Positions 1 to 8,683 of a DNA stretch of 64,000 nucleotides are shown here, in pieces. Both the position numbers and the translations under genes were made by a program. The notes beneath the pieces are model-generated. The model saw only the letters and a program-made list of their open reading frames with translations, did not search any database and had not been told where the DNA came from. The stretch's first letter is position 1; the number at the start of each line of letters is the position of its first letter. Where the stretch lies: positions 76,148 through 140,147 of the forward strand of contig JBJKZP010000008.1 in NCBI GenBank assembly GCA_045560235.1, read 5' to 3'. Source of the DNA: Fidelibacterota bacterium. Its GTDB lineage: Bacteria; Fidelibacterota; Marinisomatia; Marinisomatales; Marinisomataceae.

Positions 1-298
1 GAGATATGGTGCCCAGCAGGGCAGCTTCAGCAATAGAGGTGAGTTGAACACTTCGAAAAAAGAGTGCAAAGTGCGCCCCCAAAAAAAGACCAGCAACTAA
101 AATTTTTTTATTAGGAACAAAAGTAAAAATAGTTTTGTAAGATATTATAAAGGCCATTGTGCTAGCCAAAAACATTCTCCAAAAAGCAATTGTGGTTGAA
201 GAAAGGTTTGGTAAAAAACGTACAACCCAAGCAGAAGAGCTGACGGCAAGAAGCGCAATAAAAAGCAAAACATATTTATTTTTTAAAAAAGGATACAT
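1..298 (-). CDS. EamA/DMT-family permease, N-terminal part (gene runs off the left edge)
   Basis: Absent from the supplied ORF track because it has no stop in the window. My minus-strand translation from ATG 298-296 reads MYPFLKNKYVLLFIALLAVSSSAWVVRFLPNLSSTTIAFWRMFLASTMAFIISYKTIFTFVPNKKILVAGLFLGAHFALFFRSVQLTSIAEAALLGTIS... It shows TM-helix periodicity plus the AFWR and HFALFF..S.Q.TS motifs typical of EamA permeases. The frame stays open up to 580; an alternative ATG lies at 334-332. Confidence 0.6.
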   Translation of the reverse strand, partial: MYPFLKNKYVLLFIALLAVSSSAWVVRFLPNLSSTTIAFWRMFLASTMAFIISYKTIFTFVPNKKILVAGLFLGAHFALFFRSVQLTSIAEAALLGTIS

Positions 299-302
299 TA
301 AA

Positions 303-1115
303 ATGAAGATAAACCATATCAAGAAACTAAGCATTGTTTTTTGTATTTCTTTTTTGTTTGCTACAGACAAAGAGCAAATCCTTAACGCGGTTGTAGCACA
401 AACGGGATCCTTAAAGGCGCCAAAGGCGGAGTATATAGTTGGCGTGTTTAATGACCCGAGGCTTAAAGAAGAAGATGCCATACTAAAAAGGTTCGAAAAA
501 AAACCAGAAAAAATAAAAACATACCAACAGTATAAAAAAATATTTATAAACGAGGCGCGCATAAAGAGCGGGACAAAGTTTTACAGCAAACACAAAGAGC
601 TTTTGGCGAGGATTGTATCAGAGTTTGAAATAGACCCGCTGATTCTTGTTGCAATAGTTGGCGTAGAAACAAACTACGGTTTAAAAACATCAGAATTTTC
701 AGTAATGAACTCTCTGTATACACAGGCGCTAAACATGCCCAACAGATCTAAGTGGGCAACTAAAGAGATTGCAGAGCTTTTAATTTTTTGCAACACCAAC
801 AACATTGATCCGTATGGTCTTGAGGGTTCTTATGCTGGGGCGTTTGGGTTTGGGCAGTTTATACCCTCCAGCTTTAACAAGCTTTCTATTGATTACAACA
901 AAGACGGCGCTAAAGACCCATATAACTGGGAGGACGTGTTAGGCAGCATTGCATACTATCTAACAGAAAACGGATACCCAAAAAACGACTTTAATTTTTC
1001 TCACAAATCAAAAGCGTGGAGAGGGATTCGCACGTATAACAGATCAGACAAGTATGCAAACGTTATAATTGATTTAAGAAATGAAATATCTAAAAGAATT
1101 TTTTTATTAAAGTAG
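303..1115 (+). CDS. Lytic murein transglycosylase (MltB/SLT_2-like)
   Basis: ORF 159..1115. I moved the start to ATG 303, which gives the signal peptide MKINHIKKLSIVFCISFLFA. Motifs: GVETNYG (catalytic Glu), GAFGFGQFIPSSF, DYNKDGAKDPYNWED. Confidence 0.8.
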   Translation: MKINHIKKLSIVFCISFLFATDKEQILNAVVAQTGSLKAPKAEYIVGVFNDPRLKEEDAILKRFEKKPEKIKTYQQYKKIFINEARIKSGTKFYSKHKELLARIVSEFEIDPLILVAIVGVETNYGLKTSEFSVMNSLYTQALNMPNRSKWATKEIAELLIFCNTNNIDPYGLEGSYAGAFGFGQFIPSSFNKLSIDYNKDGAKDPYNWEDVLGSIAYYLTENGYPKNDFNFSHKSKAWRGIRTYNRSDKYANVIIDLRNEISKRIFLLK

Positions 1116-2487
1116 CAAGAAACACTTTTTTTTCGGTGTATGGAGGGAGCATGAGCCTAAAGGGCGAAAACCCGCTACTTTCTAATATAGCTTTTTGATG
1201 AGAAAAAGCATCAAAGCCAAACTTTCCATGATAGCTTCCAACCCCACTGTTGTTAATACCGCCAAAAGGTAGGTTTGGGTTGGTATGATGTAAAACACAG
1301 TCGTTTATTACCAGCCCACCGCTAGAGGTAGAGTTTGAAACTAAACGCTGGTTTTTTTTGTTTTTACTAAAAAGATATAAGGCTAAAGGCTTGGGTTTTT
1401 TATTAATATATTTAATAGCCGACTTGATGTTTGTAACCTTTAAAACCGGCAAAAGGGGACCAAAAATTTCCTCCTTCATTATAGGGTTGTCCACAACCAC
1501 TTCTGTTAAAACCGTTGGGGAGATATAAAGAGATTTTTTGTTTTTATTGCCACCACAAGAAATCTTAGCACCATGGCTTATAGAACTATTTAAAACATCT
1601 TCGAGCCTGTTAAAGTGAGACTTATTTGCAATGGCACAATAGTCTTTAGACCCACCCTCAAGGTTGTTTTCAAAAAAACTAACAATGTTTTTATTTAGCT
1701 CTTTAACAAGCCTGTCATGAACAGGCGCTTCGCATAAAATATAATCCGGAGCAGTGCACGTCTGCCCAGCGTTGGCAAACTTAAAAAAAGCTATTTTCCA
1801 GGCCGCATCTTTAATGTTGGCAGAGCTATCAACAATTGTTGGAGACTTTCCTCCAAGTTCAAGCGTAACACCAGCCAAATGTTTTGCAGCGGCAGCCATA
1901 ACAATTTTTCCAATTTCAGGACTTCCTGTAAACAAAATGTGATTAAAGGGAAGGGAGAGCAGTTTTTCTGCTACATCTTTTTCTCCCAAAAAGACAGCAA
2001 CCTCATTTTCTTCAAAAGTTTTTTTTACTAAGCTTTTCACAACCCGACCAGACTCCGGAGTAAGCTCTGACGGTTTAATAATAGCTGTGTTCCCAGCAGC
2101 AATTGCCGCTATCAGCGGGTTTAAACACAACATAATCGGATAGTTCCAAGGAGATATAATTAAAACGGTGCCTTTTGGCTCGGGCTTAACCCAGCTCTTT
2201 GTAAAAGAAATAGCAGCGGGGGTGGGAACCCTTCTTTTTTTCATCCAACTTTTAATGTTTTTAATTGCAAAAAGCGCCTCAGTTTTTACCCCAAGAATTT
2301 CAGCCAAGTATACTTCAGTTTTGCTTTTACCCAGGTCTTTTGAAAGGGCAGAAAGCACCTCTTCTTCCATTGCTAAAAAATTTTTTAATAAAAGCCGAAT
2401 CTTTTTTTGTCTTTGTTTATAAGACGTTCCAGCTAAAGAGAGGTGAATTTTTTTTTGAGAGCTAAAGATATTGTCTATATTTTGCAT
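1090..2487 (-). CDS. NAD(P)+-dependent aldehyde dehydrogenase (class-3-like)
   Basis: 465 aa with ALDH signatures: LELGGKSP (catalytic Glu region), FANAGQTCTAPDY (catalytic Cys), PFGGINNSGVGSYHG. Confidence 0.85.
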   Translation of the reverse strand: MQNIDNIFSSQKKIHLSLAGTSYKQRQKKIRLLLKNFLAMEEEVLSALSKDLGKSKTEVYLAEILGVKTEALFAIKNIKSWMKKRRVPTPAAISFTKSWVKPEPKGTVLIISPWNYPIMLCLNPLIAAIAAGNTAIIKPSELTPESGRVVKSLVKKTFEENEVAVFLGEKDVAEKLLSLPFNHILFTGSPEIGKIVMAAAAKHLAGVTLELGGKSPTIVDSSANIKDAAWKIAFFKFANAGQTCTAPDYILCEAPVHDRLVKELNKNIVSFFENNLEGGSKDYCAIANKSHFNRLEDVLNSSISHGAKISCGGNKNKKSLYISPTVLTEVVVDNPIMKEEIFGPLLPVLKVTNIKSAIKYINKKPKPLALYLFSKNKKNQRLVSNSTSSGGLVINDCVLHHTNPNLPFGGINNSGVGSYHGKFGFDAFSHQKAILESSGFSPFRLMLPPYTEKKVFLATLIKKFF

Positions 2488-2554
2488 CCAAAAGAAATAT
2501 ATGAATTTTTATAAAACGATGTTAGAAGTAATAAGATTATAATTAATTTATGCT

Positions 2555-2875
2555 ATGATTAAAAAAGTGGACATAGCACATGCAGGGCAATCACCAGAAG
2601 AGGCTTTGATATTGCTAGAAACGGCGATAAGTACGGCAAAAAATGAACCAAACGTTGTTGCGGTTAAGGTTGTGCACGGCTTAGGTTCGGGCAGAGTAGC
2701 TGAAAAAGTTAGAGAGTGGGCAAAAGATCAAGAGGGGCGTTTTACCGCAGTAATACCTGGAGAGGAATATGATGCGTTTAATAAGAGCGCTGTGGATATG
2801 AGGTCCCAACTTTTAAACAAAAAGGACAGAGACTTTAATAACAGAAATCCAGGAATAACAATTTTTTGGCTCTAA
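2555..2875 (+). CDS. Small stand-alone Smr-domain protein
   Basis: 106 aa. VDIAHAGQSPEEAL...VKVVHGLGSGRVAEKVREW...NPGITIFWL matches the Smr layout (DLHG..eA, IHGkGsG, C-terminal G.t.v.L). Confidence 0.55.
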   Translation: MIKKVDIAHAGQSPEEALILLETAISTAKNEPNVVAVKVVHGLGSGRVAEKVREWAKDQEGRFTAVIPGEEYDAFNKSAVDMRSQLLNKKDRDFNNRNPGITIFWL

Positions 2876-4068
2876 TCATTAAGAGGTATTTCTTTAAACA
2901 AAACACCGATGTTTTTCAGTCTTTTTATAAGGACGTCGCCAAGACCAACAGATGGAGTGAGTAGGCCACCAAACCCTTCCCCGCCGGGGAAATCAGCCGG
3001 ATTTTCAATAGCCAAACAAAGCGCACTTTCACACGCCATCCTTGATGTCATTTTATAACCAGGGTCGCCACTTGCAGACATAGAAAATGCACGAAATCCA
3101 TCCTGAGTTTCTACTAAAAATCTGCTCTTAAAAAAACCAGAATCCATTGCTTTTTGTGATGGTCCTTCGCCGGGCTTTCTGAAAAAACCTCTCAAAAGCT
3201 TGCGCAAAGGAGAAACAATAACCAGCCCAAGAGCTAGAGTTATAAACGAGACCTTTCTTGCGGCGCTTTTTTTAGAATAATATGCACCTTCAGAATAAAC
3301 AAAATCATCCCCATAATATTTTCCAACAGACTTTGATAATGCTGCTGACCTTCTTACAACTCGGGTGTTTGGTAGGGCCATTACGAAGGGGCCCGTCCAG
3401 CCACCAAGCTGTGGTATTTCCTGCACTTTAATTTTGTCGTTTGTGTTTTTCTTTTGGTTTTCAGAAAGAGAGTTTTTTGGATTTAAAGAAAATTTTCCAA
3501 GACCGCGCTTAGCCAACTTTGCGTCCATAGAAGAAAACATTGTTTCCATTGTTCCCCCAGAAGCTTCGCCCTTCCACGCCTGAAAACACTGAATGCTTTT
3601 AACGTCTCCAACCACTTGATTAACAGCATAAAACGAACCCAAGTCAGAGGGCGCAGAATCAAAACCACAAGCATTTATTATTCTAAGCCCTTTGTCTCTA
3701 GCTTCTTTGTGGTGCTTTTCAATCATGTCTTTAATCCAAAAACTTTCACCGGTTATATCGACATAGTGACAATGATTTTTAACACATGCCGCCAAAAGAT
3801 CGGACCCATATTTGTGGTAAGGACCGGCCGTTGAAAGAACAACCTCTGTTTCTTTACACATTTTTTCAAGAGCATCAATGTCAAACGCATCAGCAACGAT
3901 TATGGGAAAAGGAAGGCCATGATTTTTTTTAATTTTTTTGAGCTTTTCTAAACTTCTACCAGCAATTGCTATTGGAATATCAGAATATTTTTCGGACATA
4001 AATTTTGCACAAAGCTCGCCGGTAAACCCGGTTGCTCCAAAAATAACTATTTTATATTTTCTACTCAT
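2872..4068 (-). CDS. Saccharopine dehydrogenase-like NAD(P)-binding oxidoreductase (SCCPDH family)
   Basis: 398 aa with an N-terminal Rossmann motif (IVIFGATGFTGELCAKF) and family-typical length and layout. Its ATG overlaps the ppdK stop (ATGA at 4065-4068). Confidence 0.75.
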   Translation of the reverse strand: MSRKYKIVIFGATGFTGELCAKFMSEKYSDIPIAIAGRSLEKLKKIKKNHGLPFPIIVADAFDIDALEKMCKETEVVLSTAGPYHKYGSDLLAACVKNHCHYVDITGESFWIKDMIEKHHKEARDKGLRIINACGFDSAPSDLGSFYAVNQVVGDVKSIQCFQAWKGEASGGTMETMFSSMDAKLAKRGLGKFSLNPKNSLSENQKKNTNDKIKVQEIPQLGGWTGPFVMALPNTRVVRRSAALSKSVGKYYGDDFVYSEGAYYSKKSAARKVSFITLALGLVIVSPLRKLLRGFFRKPGEGPSQKAMDSGFFKSRFLVETQDGFRAFSMSASGDPGYKMTSRMACESALCLAIENPADFPGGEGFGGLLTPSVGLGDVLIKRLKNIGVLFKEIPLND

Positions 4069-6743
4069 AGTTCAACTTGTGCTGCAGCTAGGCGAGCAAT
4101 AGGAATACGATAAGGAGAACAGCTGACATAGTCAAGCCCCAATGTTTTGCAAAACACTATACTGCTTGGATCTCCTCCATGTTCACCACAAATACCAATT
4201 GAAATTTTATTTTTAGCAGCTTTTGCGTCACCAGCTGCAATTGACATGAGCTTTCCAACTCCCTCAGTATCTATTTGTTCAAACGGGTCTACCTCAATGA
4301 TATTTTTTTCAAAATAATGAGGAAAGAATGAGGCGGTATCATCTCTACTAAACCCAAAAGTTGTTTGGGTTAAGTCGTTTGTACCAAAGCTTAAAAAATC
4401 AACATTTTTTGCAATCTCCCCAGCAATAAGACAGGCGCGAGGAACCTCAATCATTGTTCCAACCTTAAAGGATAAGGACAAACCTTTTTCATTTTTTAGG
4501 CTTTCATAAACCCCCATGACAATATCTTTTTGACTGATAAGTTCGTTTAAGTGAGACACAAGAGGTATCATTATTTCAACACAGGGGTTGTACCCTTGTT
4601 TTTTAAGCCTGAGCGCAGCCCCAAGAATTGCTTTTGCCTGCATCGCGGTAATATCGGGATAAGAAATTCCAAGCCTACAGCCCCTGTGACCAAGCATCGG
4701 ATTTGATTCTCTCAAAGAATCAACCCTGTCTCCAGCTTCTTTTAAAGATAGGCCCAAGCCTAAAGCAAGCACCTTCAGCTCTTTTTGGTTTATGTTTAGA
4801 AACTCGTGCAAAGGAGGATCAAGAAGTCTAACGGTGACAGGTAGCCCATCCATTTTTTTTAGTATACCATAAAAGTCTTTAGTTTGATAGGGAAGAATTT
4901 TTTTGAGATGAGCAGACCTTTCTTTTTTTGATTCAGACAAAATCATTTTTCTAAAGTTATAAACACGCCTCTCATCAAAAAACATATGTTCTGTCCTACA
5001 AAGACCTACGCCCTCAGCGCCAAAATCCAAAGCTTTTTGACAGTCTTCAGGGGTGTCAGCGTTGGTTCTAACTTTTAGCTTTCTAAACTTGTCTGCCCAA
5101 GACAACAATTCGTTTAATGGGCCAGATGAACCAAGGGGGTTTTGAAATAGCTTTAAACGCCCAAGAAAAATTTCACCAGTAGAGCCATTAAGGGTTACAA
5201 AATCACCTTCCTTAATTTTTGCTGTTCCCAACATAGCAAAGCGCAACCCTTTGTCTATTATAAGCGTTTGACAGCCAACGACACAGCTTTTCCCCCACCC
5301 TCTCGCTACAAGAGCGGCGTGGCTTGTTAGGCCGCCCCTGGATGTAAGTATGCCTTCAGAATAATGCATGCCATGAATATCCTCAGGAGAGGTTTCTTCT
5401 CTTACCAAAATAACTTTCTTGCCTTTCTTGCCAAGGCTCTCTGCTTTTTCAGCAGAAAAAACTACAGCACCGGAAGAGGCGCCGGGTCCGGCAGGAAGAC
5501 CAAATCCCGCCGAAAGATTCTTTTCCAGCTCACTTGGTTGTATATTTTTTAAAAGACTTTCATAAATTTGCAAGGGCTTTACTCGGCGAACAGCCTCCTT
5601 TTTTGAAATTAATTTTTCTTCTACCATGTCAGTAGCAATTTTAATTGCAGCAATCCCCGTTCTTTTTCCTCTCCTTGTTTGTAGCATCCACAGTTTGCTT
5701 TCCTGAACTGTAAACTCAATGTCTTGCATATCATCATAGTGTTTCTCAAGCTTTTTTCTAATATTGTTTAGCTCTTTAAATGCGCCTGGCATTGCAACAA
5801 ACAGAGAATTTTTAGATTTTTTTTCATCAACAATAGGGTGGGGGGTTCTAATTCCCGCAACAACATCTTCCCCCTGGGCATTTGGAAGCCACTCCCCAAA
5901 AAACATATTTTCTCCCGTTGAAGGATTTCTTGTAAATGCAACGCCGGTTCCACAATTTGTTCCTTGGTTTCCAAAGACCATGGCCTGAACATTTACCGCA
6001 GTCCCCATTGAGGAAGGAATTTTTTCAAAAACCCTATATTCGCGAGCCCTTTTTCCATTCCAGCTGGCAAAAACTGCTTCAACGGCACCATAAAGCTGAT
6101 CGTAGTGGTTGTCTGGAAAGGGGGTGCCAAATGTTCTTTTAACTAGGGCTAGATACTTTTTGGACAAGAGCTCCCAGTCTTCAGAGGTCATGAATGAGTC
6201 ATTTTTATAGCCTTTGGTTTTTTTAGTTTTTTGTAATAATTCCTCCATTTTTTCTCGTATGGAGAGGCTTGTTTTGTTTAACCCCAGAGCTTTTTCCATT
6301 ACAACATCAGAATACATCATAATTAGTCTTCTATAGCTATCATAAACAAAGCGGCTGTTTCCAGTTTTTTGAATCATGTGGGGTATTGTTTGTGAGGTAA
6401 GGCCGATATTTAAAACTGTTTCCATCATGCCCGGCATAGAAACGGGAGCACCAGACCTTACAGAAAACAAAAGAGGGTTTTCTCCTCCGAAAGATTTACC
6501 AAGCATCTTCTCAGTTTTGGAAATATTTTTTTTAATATTTTTTTTAAGAGCAATGGTGAGGGCGCCTTTTCTCAAATAGTCCGAACAAAGAGCTGTAGCC
6601 AACGTAAACCCCGGAGGTACTGGAAGCCCCAGCTTACACATTTCTGCAATATTTGCACCCTTTCCGCCCAAGATGTCAACCATATGTTGGTCACCATCTG
6701 TTTGTAGTTGAGAAAAAAAATATATTTTTTGTTTATTGTTCAT
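4065..6743 (-). CDS. ppdK: Pyruvate, phosphate dikinase
   Basis: 892 aa. GGKGANIAEM (ATP-grasp), phospho-His region GGLTSHAALVARGWGK, C-terminal PEP-utilising motif ICGEHGGDP. Confidence 0.95.
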   Translation of the reverse strand: MNNKQKIYFFSQLQTDGDQHMVDILGGKGANIAEMCKLGLPVPPGFTLATALCSDYLRKGALTIALKKNIKKNISKTEKMLGKSFGGENPLLFSVRSGAPVSMPGMMETVLNIGLTSQTIPHMIQKTGNSRFVYDSYRRLIMMYSDVVMEKALGLNKTSLSIREKMEELLQKTKKTKGYKNDSFMTSEDWELLSKKYLALVKRTFGTPFPDNHYDQLYGAVEAVFASWNGKRAREYRVFEKIPSSMGTAVNVQAMVFGNQGTNCGTGVAFTRNPSTGENMFFGEWLPNAQGEDVVAGIRTPHPIVDEKKSKNSLFVAMPGAFKELNNIRKKLEKHYDDMQDIEFTVQESKLWMLQTRRGKRTGIAAIKIATDMVEEKLISKKEAVRRVKPLQIYESLLKNIQPSELEKNLSAGFGLPAGPGASSGAVVFSAEKAESLGKKGKKVILVREETSPEDIHGMHYSEGILTSRGGLTSHAALVARGWGKSCVVGCQTLIIDKGLRFAMLGTAKIKEGDFVTLNGSTGEIFLGRLKLFQNPLGSSGPLNELLSWADKFRKLKVRTNADTPEDCQKALDFGAEGVGLCRTEHMFFDERRVYNFRKMILSESKKERSAHLKKILPYQTKDFYGILKKMDGLPVTVRLLDPPLHEFLNINQKELKVLALGLGLSLKEAGDRVDSLRESNPMLGHRGCRLGISYPDITAMQAKAILGAALRLKKQGYNPCVEIMIPLVSHLNELISQKDIVMGVYESLKNEKGLSLSFKVGTMIEVPRACLIAGEIAKNVDFLSFGTNDLTQTTFGFSRDDTASFFPHYFEKNIIEVDPFEQIDTEGVGKLMSIAAGDAKAAKNKISIGICGEHGGDPSSIVFCKTLGLDYVSCSPYRIPIARLAAAQVEL

Positions 6744-6806
6744 TATGAATACATTTAATTGATTTACAAAATAACCTTTAAGAGCAAAACAACTTAAGGA
6801 GAGACA

Positions 6807-7928
6807 GTGAAAAAAACATTTATATTATTTATGACAGTACTATTTATTTCGTGTTCTGGAGAAATTTATGAGGATGAAATCAAAATTGGAGAAAACAACT
6901 TGGCCTATGTTGCCGATACAGATAAGCTCTTTTCTGGAGATGTTCTTGATAAGTATGGTGAAAAATTAGGAACATATAAGAAGGGAGTAAAAGATGGAGC
7001 CTGGATTGAAATAGACTATAAAAATGGAACCAGAAAGAAGGCAAACTACATTAAAGGTTCGCCCGATGGAGAACAAATTACTTATGTTTTTCCAGGAGCA
7101 ATGGACAACAACAAGCGACTAGAATATATTAAATATGAAAATGGAAAGCCTACCGGGACATGGACCCAGTGGAGCAGAGATACAGAAAACAGGCTTAGAA
7201 AAACAGGAGAAATAGTTTTTGAAGATGGAGATGGTAGATGGAGAGAGTGGGACCCAAACACCCTAGTTGTTGTAAGGGCGGGAGACTATAAAAACTGGCA
7301 ACGACAAGGATTGTGGAAAAGCTGGGACGCGCAAGAGGTTTTAGTTAGCGAAGGAGAATATGATCAAGACAAAAAAATAGGTAAATGGATCTGGTATACA
7401 GATGGAGAAGATAAGGGGTGGCAGGAAAACTATAACAACGGCATACTGGATGGCGAGTTTCACAACCTTTCCCCTTATGCCGAAATTAGAGGAAAAGGTA
7501 AATACAAAGAGGGCACTAAGACAGGAGAGTGGCAAGAGTATTATTCAGAACAAGACGGCTCTCTAGAAAGATCACAGAGCGGAGCATACCAGCTTGGTAA
7601 AAAAGAAGGTCTTTGGTCATTATATGCAAAAAATGGAAGAAGGGTTGGTGAAGGAGTGTTCGTTTCAGATGTTAAAGAGGGAGAGTGGACAGAGGGACCA
7701 GACATTGATTTTGGATCAAGGTTTTTTGGAAATGGCACATACAGCAATAACCAAAAAAACGGAGTGTGGAACTATGTAGCACCAAGACAAAACCCCACCA
7801 TTACAGGAGGTTTCACGGATGGAAATCCTTCGGGAGAATGGGTGGTTGTTTTTAATAAAAAAACATATAAGGGCAGCCTAGAAGAGTTAAAAAAACAGGT
7901 TCCCAAATTAAAAGAATTTTCTTTTTAA
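6807..7928 (+). CDS. Lipoprotein with MORN-variant (YwqK-like) repeats
   Basis: Signal/lipobox MKKTFILFMTVLFISCSG, followed by repeated G.W..W/Y..(N/D)G..(K/R).G.Y..G modules (KDGAWIE, PTGTWTQW, RQGLWKSW, KIGKWIWY, KTGEWQEY, KEGLWSLY, KEGEWTE, KNGVWNY). Confidence 0.6.
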   Translation: MKKTFILFMTVLFISCSGEIYEDEIKIGENNLAYVADTDKLFSGDVLDKYGEKLGTYKKGVKDGAWIEIDYKNGTRKKANYIKGSPDGEQITYVFPGAMDNNKRLEYIKYENGKPTGTWTQWSRDTENRLRKTGEIVFEDGDGRWREWDPNTLVVVRAGDYKNWQRQGLWKSWDAQEVLVSEGEYDQDKKIGKWIWYTDGEDKGWQENYNNGILDGEFHNLSPYAEIRGKGKYKEGTKTGEWQEYYSEQDGSLERSQSGAYQLGKKEGLWSLYAKNGRRVGEGVFVSDVKEGEWTEGPDIDFGSRFFGNGTYSNNQKNGVWNYVAPRQNPTITGGFTDGNPSGEWVVVFNKKTYKGSLEELKKQVPKLKEFSF

Positions 7929-8023
7929 ATTTAGAACAACAAAACTTGCTGTGAGGTAGCTTTTAAAAAGCAATTTGTCTTTATATTTATATAAATGCGT
8001 TTTAAAATAAACATCACCAAAAT

Positions 8024-8683
8024 ATGTCTATAATAAAACTATTAACGTCTTCTGTGGGGAGAAAAATTTTAATGGCCATCACGGGCCTGTCCCTAGCTCT
8101 GTTTATGGCCTTTCATTTATTTGGAAATCTTTTCCTTTTTGTTGGAGAAGCAGCGTTTAATGGATATGTAGAAAAGCTACACAAGCTCGGTTTTTTAATA
8201 AGAATAGCTGAATTTTTTTTAGTGCTTTTTGTTTTTAGCCACGCATATAGCGGAATTCTCCTTTGGATTAAAAACAGAAAAGCAAAGAAGGTTTCCGGTT
8301 CTTACAGCAAAGAAAACACCCCCGGAGCGGCCAAATATGCCGCTTTTACGGGAAGTGTCGTTTTTATTTTTTTAGCAACACACTGGTCGACGTTTTGGTA
8401 TAAGTTTAATTTTGATTTGAGAGGAATGAGTTATTATTATGTTGTTACAGAAAGCTCTGTAGGGTTCGGAAGTCCCTTGGTTTCAATTTTTTACATTATA
8501 GCCATTGCTTTATTGGGCTACCATTTAAAGCACGGCATAGCCTCGGCCGGCCAAACACTGGGAATAGCCGGAACAAAATATGAAAAAACATACAACAATA
8601 TTGCTGCCATTTTTTGGTTTTGGATACCGCTCGGATTTATATCAATTCCAATATGGTTTGGATTTCTTGTGAGAATAATATGA
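8024..8683 (+). CDS. sdhC: Succinate dehydrogenase/fumarate reductase cytochrome b subunit (single-anchor type B)
   Basis: 219-aa polytopic membrane protein with His residues in the TM helices, immediately upstream of and overlapping sdhA. Confidence 0.75.
   Translation: MSIIKLLTSSVGRKILMAITGLSLALFMAFHLFGNLFLFVGEAAFNGYVEKLHKLGFLIRIAEFFLVLFVFSHAYSGILLWIKNRKAKKVSGSYSKENTPGAAKYAAFTGSVVFIFLATHWSTFWYKFNFDLRGMSYYYVVTESSVGFGSPLVSIFYIIAIALLGYHLKHGIASAGQTLGIAGTKYEKTYNNIAAIFWFWIPLGFISIPIWFGFLVRII

Noticed and set aside
159-302. N-terminal 48-codon extension of the mltB ORF as given in the track
   Set aside because: The extension has no signal or TM character. A clean signal peptide starts at Met-49 (ATG 303). 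The opposite strand here encodes a convincing EamA permease N-terminus.
8614-8679. Upstream extensions of track ORFs: sdhA 8614, ferredoxin 36414, skp 40993, adk 51810, alkA-like 53913, cvpA 56567, ispDF 24045, fabZ 43443, receptor 61606
   Set aside because: The extensions overlap the preceding gene or lack family-typical N-termini. Internal starts give canonical N-termini, signal peptides, an RBS or stop/start coupling.
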